50,926 bases of DNA from assembly GCA_947574085.1 (NCBI GenBank), contig CANPIH010000002.1, forward strand, positions 1 through 50,926. Direction: 5' to 3'. This DNA is from an uncultured Mycoplasmatota bacterium. GTDB lineage: Bacteria; Bacillota_I; Bacilli_A; RF39; UBA660. The notes beneath the pieces are model-generated. The model saw only the letters and a program-made list of their open reading frames with translations. It searched no databases and was not told the origin of the DNA. A program made the position numbers and the translations under genes. Below, piece by piece: positions 9,016 to 17,522 of this stretch. Each line of letters begins with the position of its first letter. Within the stretch, counting starts at the first letter, position 1.

Positions 9016-9313
9016 ATTTACAAGTGAATTAGTTAATGATTTAGCTAAAAAGCTATTAATTGGCTTAACTCCAGAAGAAAATAAAATAGTATTAGATGAA
9101 TTTTTGATTATTGATGAGAATTTACAGAAAGTAGAAAAATTTGAAAATATCAAAAGCGTAGAGCCAATGACACACTGTTTGGATGATTTTATTTATACAT
9201 TACGGGAAGACGAAATAAAACCTTCCATATCGATAGAAAATGCTTTAAGAAATTGTGAGAAAGTAGAAGGAAGAGAAGTAGAAGTTCCAAAAGTTGTAGG
9301 AGGAGAAAATTAA
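9008..9313 (+). CDS. gatC: Glu/Asp-tRNA amidotransferase subunit C
   Basis: About 100-aa ORF overlapping the aspS stop and abutting gatA. Position and size fit GatC. Confidence 0.8.
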   Translation: MPKFTSELVNDLAKKLLIGLTPEENKIVLDEFLIIDENLQKVEKFENIKSVEPMTHCLDDFIYTLREDEIKPSISIENALRNCEKVEGREVEVPKVVGGEN

Positions 9314-10767
9314 TGGATAAAACAATTAAAGAATTGCATGAAATGTTACAAAACGGTGAAATGACTAGTAAAGATTTAATACAAGAGTCATTAAAAAAAT
9401 CTTATGAAGTCCAAGAAAAATACAATGCTTTTGTAACAATTTTAGACGATGCCAAAGAAACTCCTGTTACCAATAATTTGCTATCTGGAATACCTTTTGG
9501 AATTAAAGACAATTATAGTACTAAAGATATTTTATCGACAGGCTCATCCAATACTTTAAAAAATTATGTACCTTTTTTTAATGCCACAGCAGTGGAAAAA
9601 TTATTATCAGCTGGAGCAGTACCAATAAATAAAACCGTTTTAGATGAATTTGGCATGGGTGGTACAGGAACAACTGGACACACTGGTATTGTTAAAAATC
9701 CATGGGATTCTACTCGAATAACAGCTGGTTCAAGTGCTGGTAGTGCTTGTGCGGTAGCAGCAGGAGTTTATCCATACGCTTTAGGAAGTGATACTGGAGA
9801 TTCTATCCGCAAACCCGCTGCTTATTGCGGGATAGTTGGATACAAACCAACCTATGGTATGATTTCACGATATGGCTTGTTTCCATTTGCATCAAGTTTA
9901 GATCATTGTGGTGTTTTAGCTAGAAATGTTCAAGATGTTGCTATTGTTGTGGATACCATGAAAGGATTAGACGATAAAGATATGACTACATGGGATTCTA
10001 GTACTATTCATTTATATGAAAACCTAGATGGAAAAGTAGGCGGAAAAAAATTATGTTACATTAAGGAATTATGTGATATTGAAAATTATGAAAATCCAAC
10101 AGAAGAATTAAAACGTCATTTAGAAAATTTTAAGGAAAAATTAGCTATTTGTGAAAAATTAGGAATGGAAGTAGTAGAAGTTTCCATTGACAAAAAATTA
10201 TTAAGTGCTTTACCCAGTGTATATGTCGCCATTTCTTGTGCTGAAGCAACAAGCAATTTGTCCAATTTAACAGGAATTCTTTTTGGATCTAGAGGCGAGG
10301 GAAGAAATATAATGGAAATGATGATGGATCATCGAACGAAAGGATTTTCTCCTTTAATCAAACGTCGTTTTGTCATAGGTTCTTATATTTTACAAAAAGA
10401 AAATCAAGAGCGATATCTAAAAAATGCTCAAAGAGTTAGAAGATTATTAGTAGATACTTGGAAAAATTTATTTAAAACCTTTGATGCAGTCATTCTTCCA
10501 GTAGGTTCAGGTCCAGCCAAACATTTAGATAGTGGCAATGATATTTTAACAAAAAATGCAGAAATTTTAGAAGAACATTTACAAATTGGTAATTTTGGTG
10601 GGTTTCCCTCTATTACTATCCCAGATGGTTTTATAAACAATCTTCCTGTTGCTTTAAATATTACAGGGAACTGTTATGATGATGAAAATGTTTTAAATAT
10701 TGCTTATGCAATAGAAAGTGCCATGCCTTATAAAAATCAAATTGCAAAGGAAGTGAGTCATGAGTAA
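9313..10767 (+). CDS. gatA: Glu/Asp-tRNA amidotransferase subunit A
   Basis: Amidase signature GGSSAGS-like (TAGSSAGSACAVAAG) and GSDTGDSIRKPAAYCG. Confidence 0.92.
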   Translation: MDKTIKELHEMLQNGEMTSKDLIQESLKKSYEVQEKYNAFVTILDDAKETPVTNNLLSGIPFGIKDNYSTKDILSTGSSNTLKNYVPFFNATAVEKLLSAGAVPINKTVLDEFGMGGTGTTGHTGIVKNPWDSTRITAGSSAGSACAVAAGVYPYALGSDTGDSIRKPAAYCGIVGYKPTYGMISRYGLFPFASSLDHCGVLARNVQDVAIVVDTMKGLDDKDMTTWDSSTIHLYENLDGKVGGKKLCYIKELCDIENYENPTEELKRHLENFKEKLAICEKLGMEVVEVSIDKKLLSALPSVYVAISCAEATSNLSNLTGILFGSRGEGRNIMEMMMDHRTKGFSPLIKRRFVIGSYILQKENQERYLKNAQRVRRLLVDTWKNLFKTFDAVILPVGSGPAKHLDSGNDILTKNAEILEEHLQIGNFGGFPSITIPDGFINNLPVALNITGNCYDDENVLNIAYAIESAMPYKNQIAKEVSHE

Positions 10768-12190
10768 ATACAAAGCTGTAATTGGTCTCGAAATGCATTG
10801 TGAATTTAAAAGTAATTCCAAAGTATTCTCAAGTGCTAGAAATTCTTATAGTGAAATTCCTAATGAAAATATAAGTGCCGTTGATATGGCATTTCCGGGC
10901 ATTCTTCCAGTAGTTAATAAAAAATGCGTTCGAGATGCTTTAATGATGAGTATGGTTTTACACTGTAAACAGCCAGAGTTTATGTATTTTGACCGTAAAA
11001 ACTATTATTATCCTGACTTGCCAAAAGGATATCAAATCACGCAAATGACTGAACCAGTAGGAATAGATGGTTGTATTGAAATTGAATGCAATGGTGAAAG
11101 AAAGAAAGTATTTATACATGATATTCATTTAGAAGAAGACACGGCTAGTCTAGATCATTATTACGATACATCTTGTATTGATTACAATCGAGCTGGTGTT
11201 CCTTTAGTAGAACTTGTGACAGAACCCTGTTTAAATAGTGCTGAAGAAGCGGTAACTTTTTTAGAAACTATGCGTAGTATTTATAAATATTGTGATGTTT
11301 CTGAAGCAGATACTAAAAAAGGACAAATTCGATGCGATGTAAATATTTCCATTATGGATTGGGATGCAACAGAATATGGTACACGAGTGGAAATTAAAAA
11401 TGTAAACTCATTTGGTGGTGTTCGAGATGCCATTAATTATGAAATAAAACGTCAAAGCGAATTAAAAGATGCTGGAAGATACAGTGAAGTGGAACAAGAA
11501 ACAAGAAGATGGGACGAAGAAGAGGGTAAAACAATACGTATGCGTAGTAAAGTGGATGCCATTGACTACAAATATTTTGTTGATCCCAATTTACCTAAAT
11601 TTAAAATTGCAAAAGAATGGTTAGAGGAAATCAAAAAAGACATTCCTCTTCTTCCTCTAGAACGGAAAGAAAAATATATTCGAGAGCTTGGTTTGAGTGA
11701 TTACGATGCTGGAATTATTGTTAAAGAACGTAATTATGCTGAATATTTTGAAGAATGTTTAGAATTAGGTATTGATGCAAAAACCGCAAGCAATTGGCTA
11801 TCCACTCAAATATTAGGACAAATAAATGAAAAAGAAATATCTTTAAAAGAATTTTATTTAACTCCGACTCTTTTAAAACAAATTGTAGAGGAAGTAAATA
11901 AGGGGACCATTTCATCAAAACAAGCAAAAGAAGTTTTTTATAAATCTATAGATGAAAAAAAAGAACCTAAGAGTTTTATTACAAACGATATGACTCAAAT
12001 TTCTGATAAAAGGGAATTAGAAAATATTATCAATACAATTTTAGAAGAAAATAGAAATCAGGTAAAAGAATACAAAAATGGTAAAGATAATTTATTTGAT
12101 TATTTTGTAGGTCAAGTTATGAAAAATACACGTGGAAAAGCCAATCCAATTTTAACAAAAGACATTTTGAAAGAAAAATTAAATAATTAA
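10760..12190 (+). CDS. gatB: Glu/Asp-tRNA amidotransferase subunit B
   Basis: IGLEMHCE start, NRAGVPLVELVTEP, C-terminal YqeY-like tail. Overlaps the gatA stop. Confidence 0.92.
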   Translation: MSKYKAVIGLEMHCEFKSNSKVFSSARNSYSEIPNENISAVDMAFPGILPVVNKKCVRDALMMSMVLHCKQPEFMYFDRKNYYYPDLPKGYQITQMTEPVGIDGCIEIECNGERKKVFIHDIHLEEDTASLDHYYDTSCIDYNRAGVPLVELVTEPCLNSAEEAVTFLETMRSIYKYCDVSEADTKKGQIRCDVNISIMDWDATEYGTRVEIKNVNSFGGVRDAINYEIKRQSELKDAGRYSEVEQETRRWDEEEGKTIRMRSKVDAIDYKYFVDPNLPKFKIAKEWLEEIKKDIPLLPLERKEKYIRELGLSDYDAGIIVKERNYAEYFEECLELGIDAKTASNWLSTQILGQINEKEISLKEFYLTPTLLKQIVEEVNKGTISSKQAKEVFYKSIDEKKEPKSFITNDMTQISDKRELENIINTILEENRNQVKEYKNGKDNLFDYFVGQVMKNTRGKANPILTKDILKEKLNN

Positions 12191-12229
12191 AAAGATAAAA
12201 CTAAAAAGAAAATAGATTTATCTTTTTTT
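12191..12229 (+). terminator. Weak AT-rich hairpin plus T-run after gatB
   Basis: AAAGATAAA (12191-12199) pairs with TTTATCTTT (12217-12225), then a T-run. The loop is large (17 nt), so this is a weak call. Confidence 0.3.
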
Positions 12230-12255
12230 ATGATATACTAAAAAAGTGAGGCTAT

Positions 12256-13128
12256 ATGAATAAAATAAAAAATCTATTTAAAAATATTATTAATTTTTTT
12301 AGAAGTATACGAGTAAGTACTATATATAAAATAGTAGGAATTGTTTTGTTGTTTGCTATATTGCTTTGGATTTATACGATAGGGAAACAAAGTATTACTT
12401 TAAAAGAAAAAAATCAGCACCATTTATTATTAAGTGGAAAGATCATAAACAAAGGAAATGATTATATAATTATTGAAGATTTATCCCGAAATGAATATCT
12501 AATTCCAACTACTATTGCAGAAACTTATTCTATTGGAAGTGAAATAAATGTAACTATTGATAAGATAGTTGAACAAGGAACAACAAATACTCCAACAATT
12601 GTATCAAGTAATAAAATAAATATTATAAACGAAAAGAAAGAAAATAAAAATGCAGACTCAGAAACTATTAATTATATAGCAGAAACAGAAAAATATTTAG
12701 AGGATAGGAATTTGCAAGAAGAAGCAAAACAGCGTTTTATAAATATTGTTGACTTTTTATTTTATAATGACAGTGTGAATGGGTATACCTTAAATGATTT
12801 AACAGCAAAAACAAAATTGAAAATATTAAAAATTGTCTTAACGATTGATGATAAAATAGAAAGAGAATTTCCAGGCTATAAAGAAACTATTTCAAGTACA
12901 ACAAATAAAGTTTATACAGGAATAAAAATAAAAATTATTGAAAACTATTTAAACACTGCTGTTAAAATTTGTAAATATGACAAAACTTTATGTGAAACAG
13001 CAAAACAAGATTTCCAAGACATAAAAAAATCTTTTTCAATTACATGGGATAGTATCAAAAATTTAATTGCAAATAGTACGCAACTTTTAAAAGAGTGGTA
13101 TGAGATTTATAGTGGAAAAACAAGTTAG
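12256..13128 (+). CDS. Hypothetical N-terminally membrane-anchored protein (290 aa)
   Basis: Single hydrophobic segment IVGIVLLFAILLWIYTI near the N-terminus. The remainder is hydrophilic with no recognised motif. Ends 36 nt upstream of the HerA-like gene. Confidence 0.6.
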   Translation: MNKIKNLFKNIINFFRSIRVSTIYKIVGIVLLFAILLWIYTIGKQSITLKEKNQHHLLLSGKIINKGNDYIIIEDLSRNEYLIPTTIAETYSIGSEINVTIDKIVEQGTTNTPTIVSSNKINIINEKKENKNADSETINYIAETEKYLEDRNLQEEAKQRFINIVDFLFYNDSVNGYTLNDLTAKTKLKILKIVLTIDDKIEREFPGYKETISSTTNKVYTGIKIKIIENYLNTAVKICKYDKTLCETAKQDFQDIKKSFSITWDSIKNLIANSTQLLKEWYEIYSGKTS

Positions 13129-13164
13129 AATATGGTATATTTAATATGATAAAGAGGTGTTACT

Positions 13165-14955
13165 ATGTTTGGAAAAATAAAATTTATTGGTGAAAATATA
13201 GCTTATATTGAAAACGAAGGTGGAGATGCAGGAACTTCTGACCTTATGAATAGAAATGTTATTTTTGAAGCCCCTAATCAACGTATTTTAGGTGAAGTAA
13301 CAGAATTTAATAAAGAAGAAATTAAAATACGCTTTCTTGGAGAATACTTAAACGGAAAATATGTAAATGGTGTTATTCGCAAGCCATTATTATCAAGTAC
13401 AGTTCGTATCATCAATAGTGAAGAATTAACAGAACTTGTTGGACATGAGAGCGATACATCTTTTGTACTTGGAAACAGTGCAATTTATAAAGAATATAAA
13501 GTTTGTCCTAGTATTAATGATTTATTATCCAATCATATAGGAATTTTTGGAAATACAGGAAGCGGAAAATCATGTGGAATTGCAAGAATGGTTCAAAACT
13601 TATTTAGCAATCCCCATATGTTATCCTACAACGCAAATATTTTTGTATTTGATGCGTATGGAGAATACAAAAATGCTTTTGGAAGTATAAATAAAATTAA
13701 TCCCAATTATAGTTATAAATTCATTACTACAAATCCAATAGAAAATGATGATTTTCTATTACAGATTCCTGTTAGTTTACTAAATTTAGATGATTTTGCT
13801 CTTTTATTACAAGCGACTAACCATTCGCAACTTCCTATTATTGAAAGAACAATTCGTTTAGCTAAAATTTTTAGTCAAGAATCAAATGAGTCTATAAAGT
13901 ATAAAAATCATTTAATAGCAAAAGCATTGCTTGCAATTCTTTTTAGTAATCAAACGACTGCAAGAAAGAAAAATGAAATATTTCAAATTATTGAAGTTTG
14001 CCATACAAAAGAATTTAATTTTGATAGTACCATCAATGGATTAGGATATACAAGAACCTTTTCAGAGTGCTTTGAAATTGATTCAAATGGTTATTTTGGA
14101 GAAAGTGTCTTGATTACAGATTATATTTTAAAACACATTGAAGATTCTTTTGAAGAAATGGAAGAACCTAAAGAGTTTAGTTATTCTTTACTTGATTTTG
14201 CCAAAGCTTTGGAATTTACAATGATTAGTGAGGGTTTTCAAAACAACGAAAGACTATATGACAATGCCATTATTTTAAAAGTCCGTTTAAGTACTATTTT
14301 GAATACCAAAGTAGGAAAATATTTTACAAATAATGGTTTCACTTCCATTGAAAAATATGTAAGCAGTTTGGTTATTAAAAATAATCGTAAAGCACAAATT
14401 ATTAATATTAATCTAGAAGATGTAGATGATACGTATGCAAAGGTAATTGTTAAAATTATGGCACGATTGTTTTTTGAATTTTCAAAAAATCTAAAGCAAA
14501 GAGCGACTATTCCATTTCATATCTTTTTAGAAGAAGCTCATAGATATATACAAAAAGACAATGATAATTATTTACTTGGATATAATATTTTTGAACGAAT
14601 CGCTAAAGAAGGTCGTAAATATGGAGTAATTTTAGGGATTATAAGTCAAAGACCGGTTGAAATATCTGATACCGTTATTTCTCAAGTTTCTAACTTTTTA
14701 ATATTTAAAATGACGCATCCTAAAGATATTAAATATATTGAAGAAATGCTTCCAAATATATCTAGTGATGTCATTGAAAAACAAAAAACTTTGCAACCTG
14801 GAAGTTGTGTTGGATTTGGTTCAGCTTTTAAAATACCTATGATTATGCGTTTAGAGCTACCCAATCCACTTCCATACTCATCGAATTGTGATGTAGCAAT
14901 GAGATGGAACGTAAAGCAAAATGTAACTACTAAAAACAATTCAGAGCAATTATAA
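13165..14955 (+). CDS. HerA/DUF87-family P-loop ATPase
   Basis: N-terminal barrel-like segment, Walker A GNTGSGKS, Walker B-like FHIFLEEAHRY, GVILGIISQRPVEIS, LIFKMTHPKD. This architecture is typical of HerA-like hexameric ATPases. Confidence 0.8.
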   Translation: MFGKIKFIGENIAYIENEGGDAGTSDLMNRNVIFEAPNQRILGEVTEFNKEEIKIRFLGEYLNGKYVNGVIRKPLLSSTVRIINSEELTELVGHESDTSFVLGNSAIYKEYKVCPSINDLLSNHIGIFGNTGSGKSCGIARMVQNLFSNPHMLSYNANIFVFDAYGEYKNAFGSINKINPNYSYKFITTNPIENDDFLLQIPVSLLNLDDFALLLQATNHSQLPIIERTIRLAKIFSQESNESIKYKNHLIAKALLAILFSNQTTARKKNEIFQIIEVCHTKEFNFDSTINGLGYTRTFSECFEIDSNGYFGESVLITDYILKHIEDSFEEMEEPKEFSYSLLDFAKALEFTMISEGFQNNERLYDNAIILKVRLSTILNTKVGKYFTNNGFTSIEKYVSSLVIKNNRKAQIININLEDVDDTYAKVIVKIMARLFFEFSKNLKQRATIPFHIFLEEAHRYIQKDNDNYLLGYNIFERIAKEGRKYGVILGIISQRPVEISDTVISQVSNFLIFKMTHPKDIKYIEEMLPNISSDVIEKQKTLQPGSCVGFGSAFKIPMIMRLELPNPLPYSSNCDVAMRWNVKQNVTTKNNSEQL

Positions 14956-14966
14956 ATTGCTTTTTT
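14946..14966 (+). terminator. Short hairpin plus T6 overlapping the HerA-like stop codon
   Basis: GCAATT-ata-AATTGC followed by TTTTTT (14961-14966). Confidence 0.45.
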
Positions 14967-15006
14967 ATTGTAAAATAGCTCTGGTTTAGAAAGGAAGAAA
15001 CTATTT

Positions 15007-15249
15007 ATGACCAATATAGATTGTAAAGAAATAGCAAAAATGATATTTCATATTCAAAAAGATTTTCCAGCCGATATGGATTATTTTTTTAATTTCATTC
15101 AATTATATTTAGATAATGAAGGAAGAGAATATATAAAATCAATTTCTGAAATGATATTTTCAGAAATTTTAAATAATTTTTTTGCTTTTAAAAATAGACA
15201 ATTAAAAACTACTCTTACGAAAATAACCATTCTTATAAGGCAAATTTAA
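15007..15249 (+). CDS. Hypothetical 80-aa ORF, possibly a gene fragment
   Basis: ORF only. It is followed by several short protein-like frames in different phases. Confidence 0.3.
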   Translation: MTNIDCKEIAKMIFHIQKDFPADMDYFFNFIQLYLDNEGREYIKSISEMIFSEILNNFFAFKNRQLKTTLTKITILIRQI

Positions 15250-15633
15250 ATGAACAAGATAAACTTCTTTAAATTCTTTCATGGAAATATTAAAAATTAT
15301 TAAAGAATCAAAAAAAGAGACAATAGAAACAATTTATTATACAGAATTCTATAATTATCTTTTAGTGCCTTATAACTAACGCATTAAATCCCTCTTTTCA
15401 CTCATTTAATAATACAGAAACAGTTTATACACCTACACTTTTTTATTTGGAGCAATTAGGGTATAAAAAAAGAAACATAAAACCAATAATAGCTCAAAGC
15501 AAAAAACAAAAACTTAAAATGTAGAAAGAATGAAATTAGGGCTAGAATTAACTCAATATGAACTTATAGAAGCTAGAATAAAAAGAAGAACGTTGGAAAA
15601 ATCGTTAAAACCGCAAGAATTGCATAAATTTAT

Positions 15634-15662
15634 TTGAGTTTTTAAAAATAATATGATACAAT
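15634..15662 (+). promoter_or_regulatory. Near-consensus extended -10 promoter
   Basis: TTGAGT (15634-15639), 17-nt spacer, TGaTACAAT with TACAAT at 15657-15662. Confidence 0.55.
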
Positions 15663-15668
15663 GAAAAC

Positions 15669-15818
15669 ACCTGAAGGATATAGTTTGTTTTACATAAAAC
15701 CGACTATTGGATATTCTTGGGAATCTAATTGAAGTGTGGTGTAGAATACTAACCCATTAAGTGTTGTTAGGATCCTAAAGCATTTCATGTGATGCCCACC
15801 TCGCGTGAGCGGGCTTTT
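15669..15818 (+). ncRNA. Candidate structured RNA or cis-regulatory leader of unknown class upstream of tcdA
   Basis: Bounded by the promoter above and by an unusually GC-rich hairpin, GCCCAC-CTC-GCGT-GAG-CGGGC (15794-15814), plus TTTT. Contains the 12-bp palindrome TTAGGATCCTAA (15767-15778). No credible ORF. Confidence 0.35.
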
Positions 15819-15861
15819 ATCCAAACAAACTTTCCTTCGGGTTTTTATTTTGAGGTGAAAT

Positions 15862-16542
15862 ATGTTTGACAGAACTTTAAGAATAATAGATGCTTTTTTA
15901 TTAGATAAGATTAAAAAGCAAAACGTTTTATTAGTAGGGGTTGGAGGTGTAGGAGGTTTTGCTTTAGAAAGTTTAGTACGATTAGGTATACAAAACATAA
16001 CAATCGTAGATGCAGATAAAATTGAGGAATCTAATTTAAATAGACAACTAATTAGCACAAGCAAAAATATTGGCAAATATAAAGTTGATATTGCAAAAGA
16101 AAGAGCATTGAGTATTAATCCAAATTGTTGTGTTAAAACATATAACTTATTTTTAAATGAGGAAAATTTTAATGATATTTTCAAGGATAAATACGATTAT
16201 ATATTGGATGCTTGTGATACGATTACAACAAAATATTTGCTCATAAAAAAAGCACTCGATACAAAAACTAAAATAATTTCATGTATGGGAACAGGCAATC
16301 GTTTTGAACCTAATAAAATAACTATTACAAGTTTAAATAAAACTTATAATGATCCTCTTGCAAAAGCAATGCGTTCCATTTTAAAAAAAAACCATATCTC
16401 TTTAAATATTCCTGTTATTTGGAGCAGTGAAGTTCCTAAAAAAACAAAAGAAAAAGTACCAGGCTCAATTGTTTTTGTACCTGCTACTGCTGGAATAGAA
16501 ATGACATATTTTCTTTTAAAAGATATTATAAATAAAAGCTAA
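15862..16542 (+). CDS. tcdA: ThiF/MoeB-fold tRNA threonylcarbamoyladenosine dehydratase (TcdA/CsdL-like)
   Basis: Rossmann motif VGVGGVGGFALESL, NLNRQ, about 225 aa without C-terminal rhodanese or Cys motifs. Confidence 0.75.
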   Translation: MFDRTLRIIDAFLLDKIKKQNVLLVGVGGVGGFALESLVRLGIQNITIVDADKIEESNLNRQLISTSKNIGKYKVDIAKERALSINPNCCVKTYNLFLNEENFNDIFKDKYDYILDACDTITTKYLLIKKALDTKTKIISCMGTGNRFEPNKITITSLNKTYNDPLAKAMRSILKKNHISLNIPVIWSSEVPKKTKEKVPGSIVFVPATAGIEMTYFLLKDIINKS

Positions 16543-17522
16543 TTTGCTTTTTTTAATACTTCTAATAAGTATTCTGGATTTTCTTCCTCATTTATAATTT
16601 TATTAATTGCCATTACTATTGGCATTTTTATATGCTTTTTTGTAAATAAATGAATAAAAAATGGTATAGAAGAATATCCCTCAATTGTATTTTTTTCTTT
16701 AAAAGCATCGGTTTCTTTTTTACTTCGTTTTTTTCCATACATTAAGCCTAAGGTATAATTACGACTCTTTATAGAGGAACATGTAGCAATCAAATCTCCA
16801 AAACCAGCTAAACTATGCAAAGTATTTAAAGAAGATTCAAAATGATATAAAATGGTTTCTAATTCTTTATAAGTTATTGTTAAATAATAGGCAAGAGTAC
16901 TTTCTTTATAACCCATACCAGCTAAAATTCCAGATCCGATTGCATAAACATTTTTAAGGCTTCCACATAGAGAAATCCCTTTAAAATCTTTTGTGAAAAT
17001 AAGTTTTGTATTGGTTCTATCAAAGGTCTTTGACAAACATTCTCTTATATTTTTCGTTTTACAAGCGACTGAAAAAGCAATAGGATCTAAAGCAACAACG
17101 TCTTCTGCAAAAGTTGGACCACTTAAAACAACAAGAGGATTATTTACGCTTTTTTTAACAATTTCATAAGGAAATTGTTCTTTCCCATTTTTTAATAAAA
17201 TCCCTTTTGTACCAATACAGATAGGAATTCTTTTATTTATTTTCTCTTTTAAAACTTCACAAACATCTTCCAAATAAAAATTACTTGTCATTAAAAAAAG
17301 AATATTTATTTCATTTAATACTTCGTCATAAGAATTTGTAAGAACAATATTATTTGGAAATACTTTTTCTTTAAAAAGTGAAACCATTTTCTTAGTTTTT
17401 TGATAATCTTCCACTAATTTTTCATTTTCACTCCACATTATAATTTTATTATTGGTATTTTGTGCTAAAACATTTCCTAAAGCTACACCAAAGACACCTG
17501 TTCCAATAATTCCAATTTTCAT
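16539..17522 (-). CDS. gpsA: NAD(P)H-dependent glycerol-3-phosphate dehydrogenase
   Basis: MKIGIIGTGVFG N-terminus, GSLKNVYAIG, GFGDLIATC. Confidence 0.88.
   Translation of the reverse strand: MKIGIIGTGVFGVALGNVLAQNTNNKIIMWSENEKLVEDYQKTKKMVSLFKEKVFPNNIVLTNSYDEVLNEINILFLMTSNFYLEDVCEVLKEKINKRIPICIGTKGILLKNGKEQFPYEIVKKSVNNPLVVLSGPTFAEDVVALDPIAFSVACKTKNIRECLSKTFDRTNTKLIFTKDFKGISLCGSLKNVYAIGSGILAGMGYKESTLAYYLTITYKELETILYHFESSLNTLHSLAGFGDLIATCSSIKSRNYTLGLMYGKKRSKKETDAFKEKNTIEGYSSIPFFIHLFTKKHIKMPIVMAINKIINEEENPEYLLEVLKKAN

Noticed and set aside
5020-12190. Co-occurrence of asnS with aspS and gatCAB as a sign of redundant Asn-tRNA pathways
   Set aside because: In Firmicutes, GatCAB is generally required for Gln-tRNA formation regardless of AsnRS. 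The co-occurrence is therefore expected and not anomalous without knowing the glnS and asnA/asnB content of the genome.
15806-15822. Minus-strand GGATAAAAGCCCG resembling the 3' block of the guanidine-I (ykkC) riboswitch
   Set aside because: On the minus strand it would lie at the 5' end of the element. None of the other ykkC blocks (CTAGGGTTCCG, GGTCCGAGAG) is present. The match is better explained as the plus-strand terminator hairpin.
15690-16184. 164-aa minus-strand ORF overlapping the candidate RNA and the 5' end of tcdA
   Set aside because: It is antisense to a well-supported ThiF-fold gene, has low-complexity hydrophobic composition and has no SD. It is treated as a shadow ORF.
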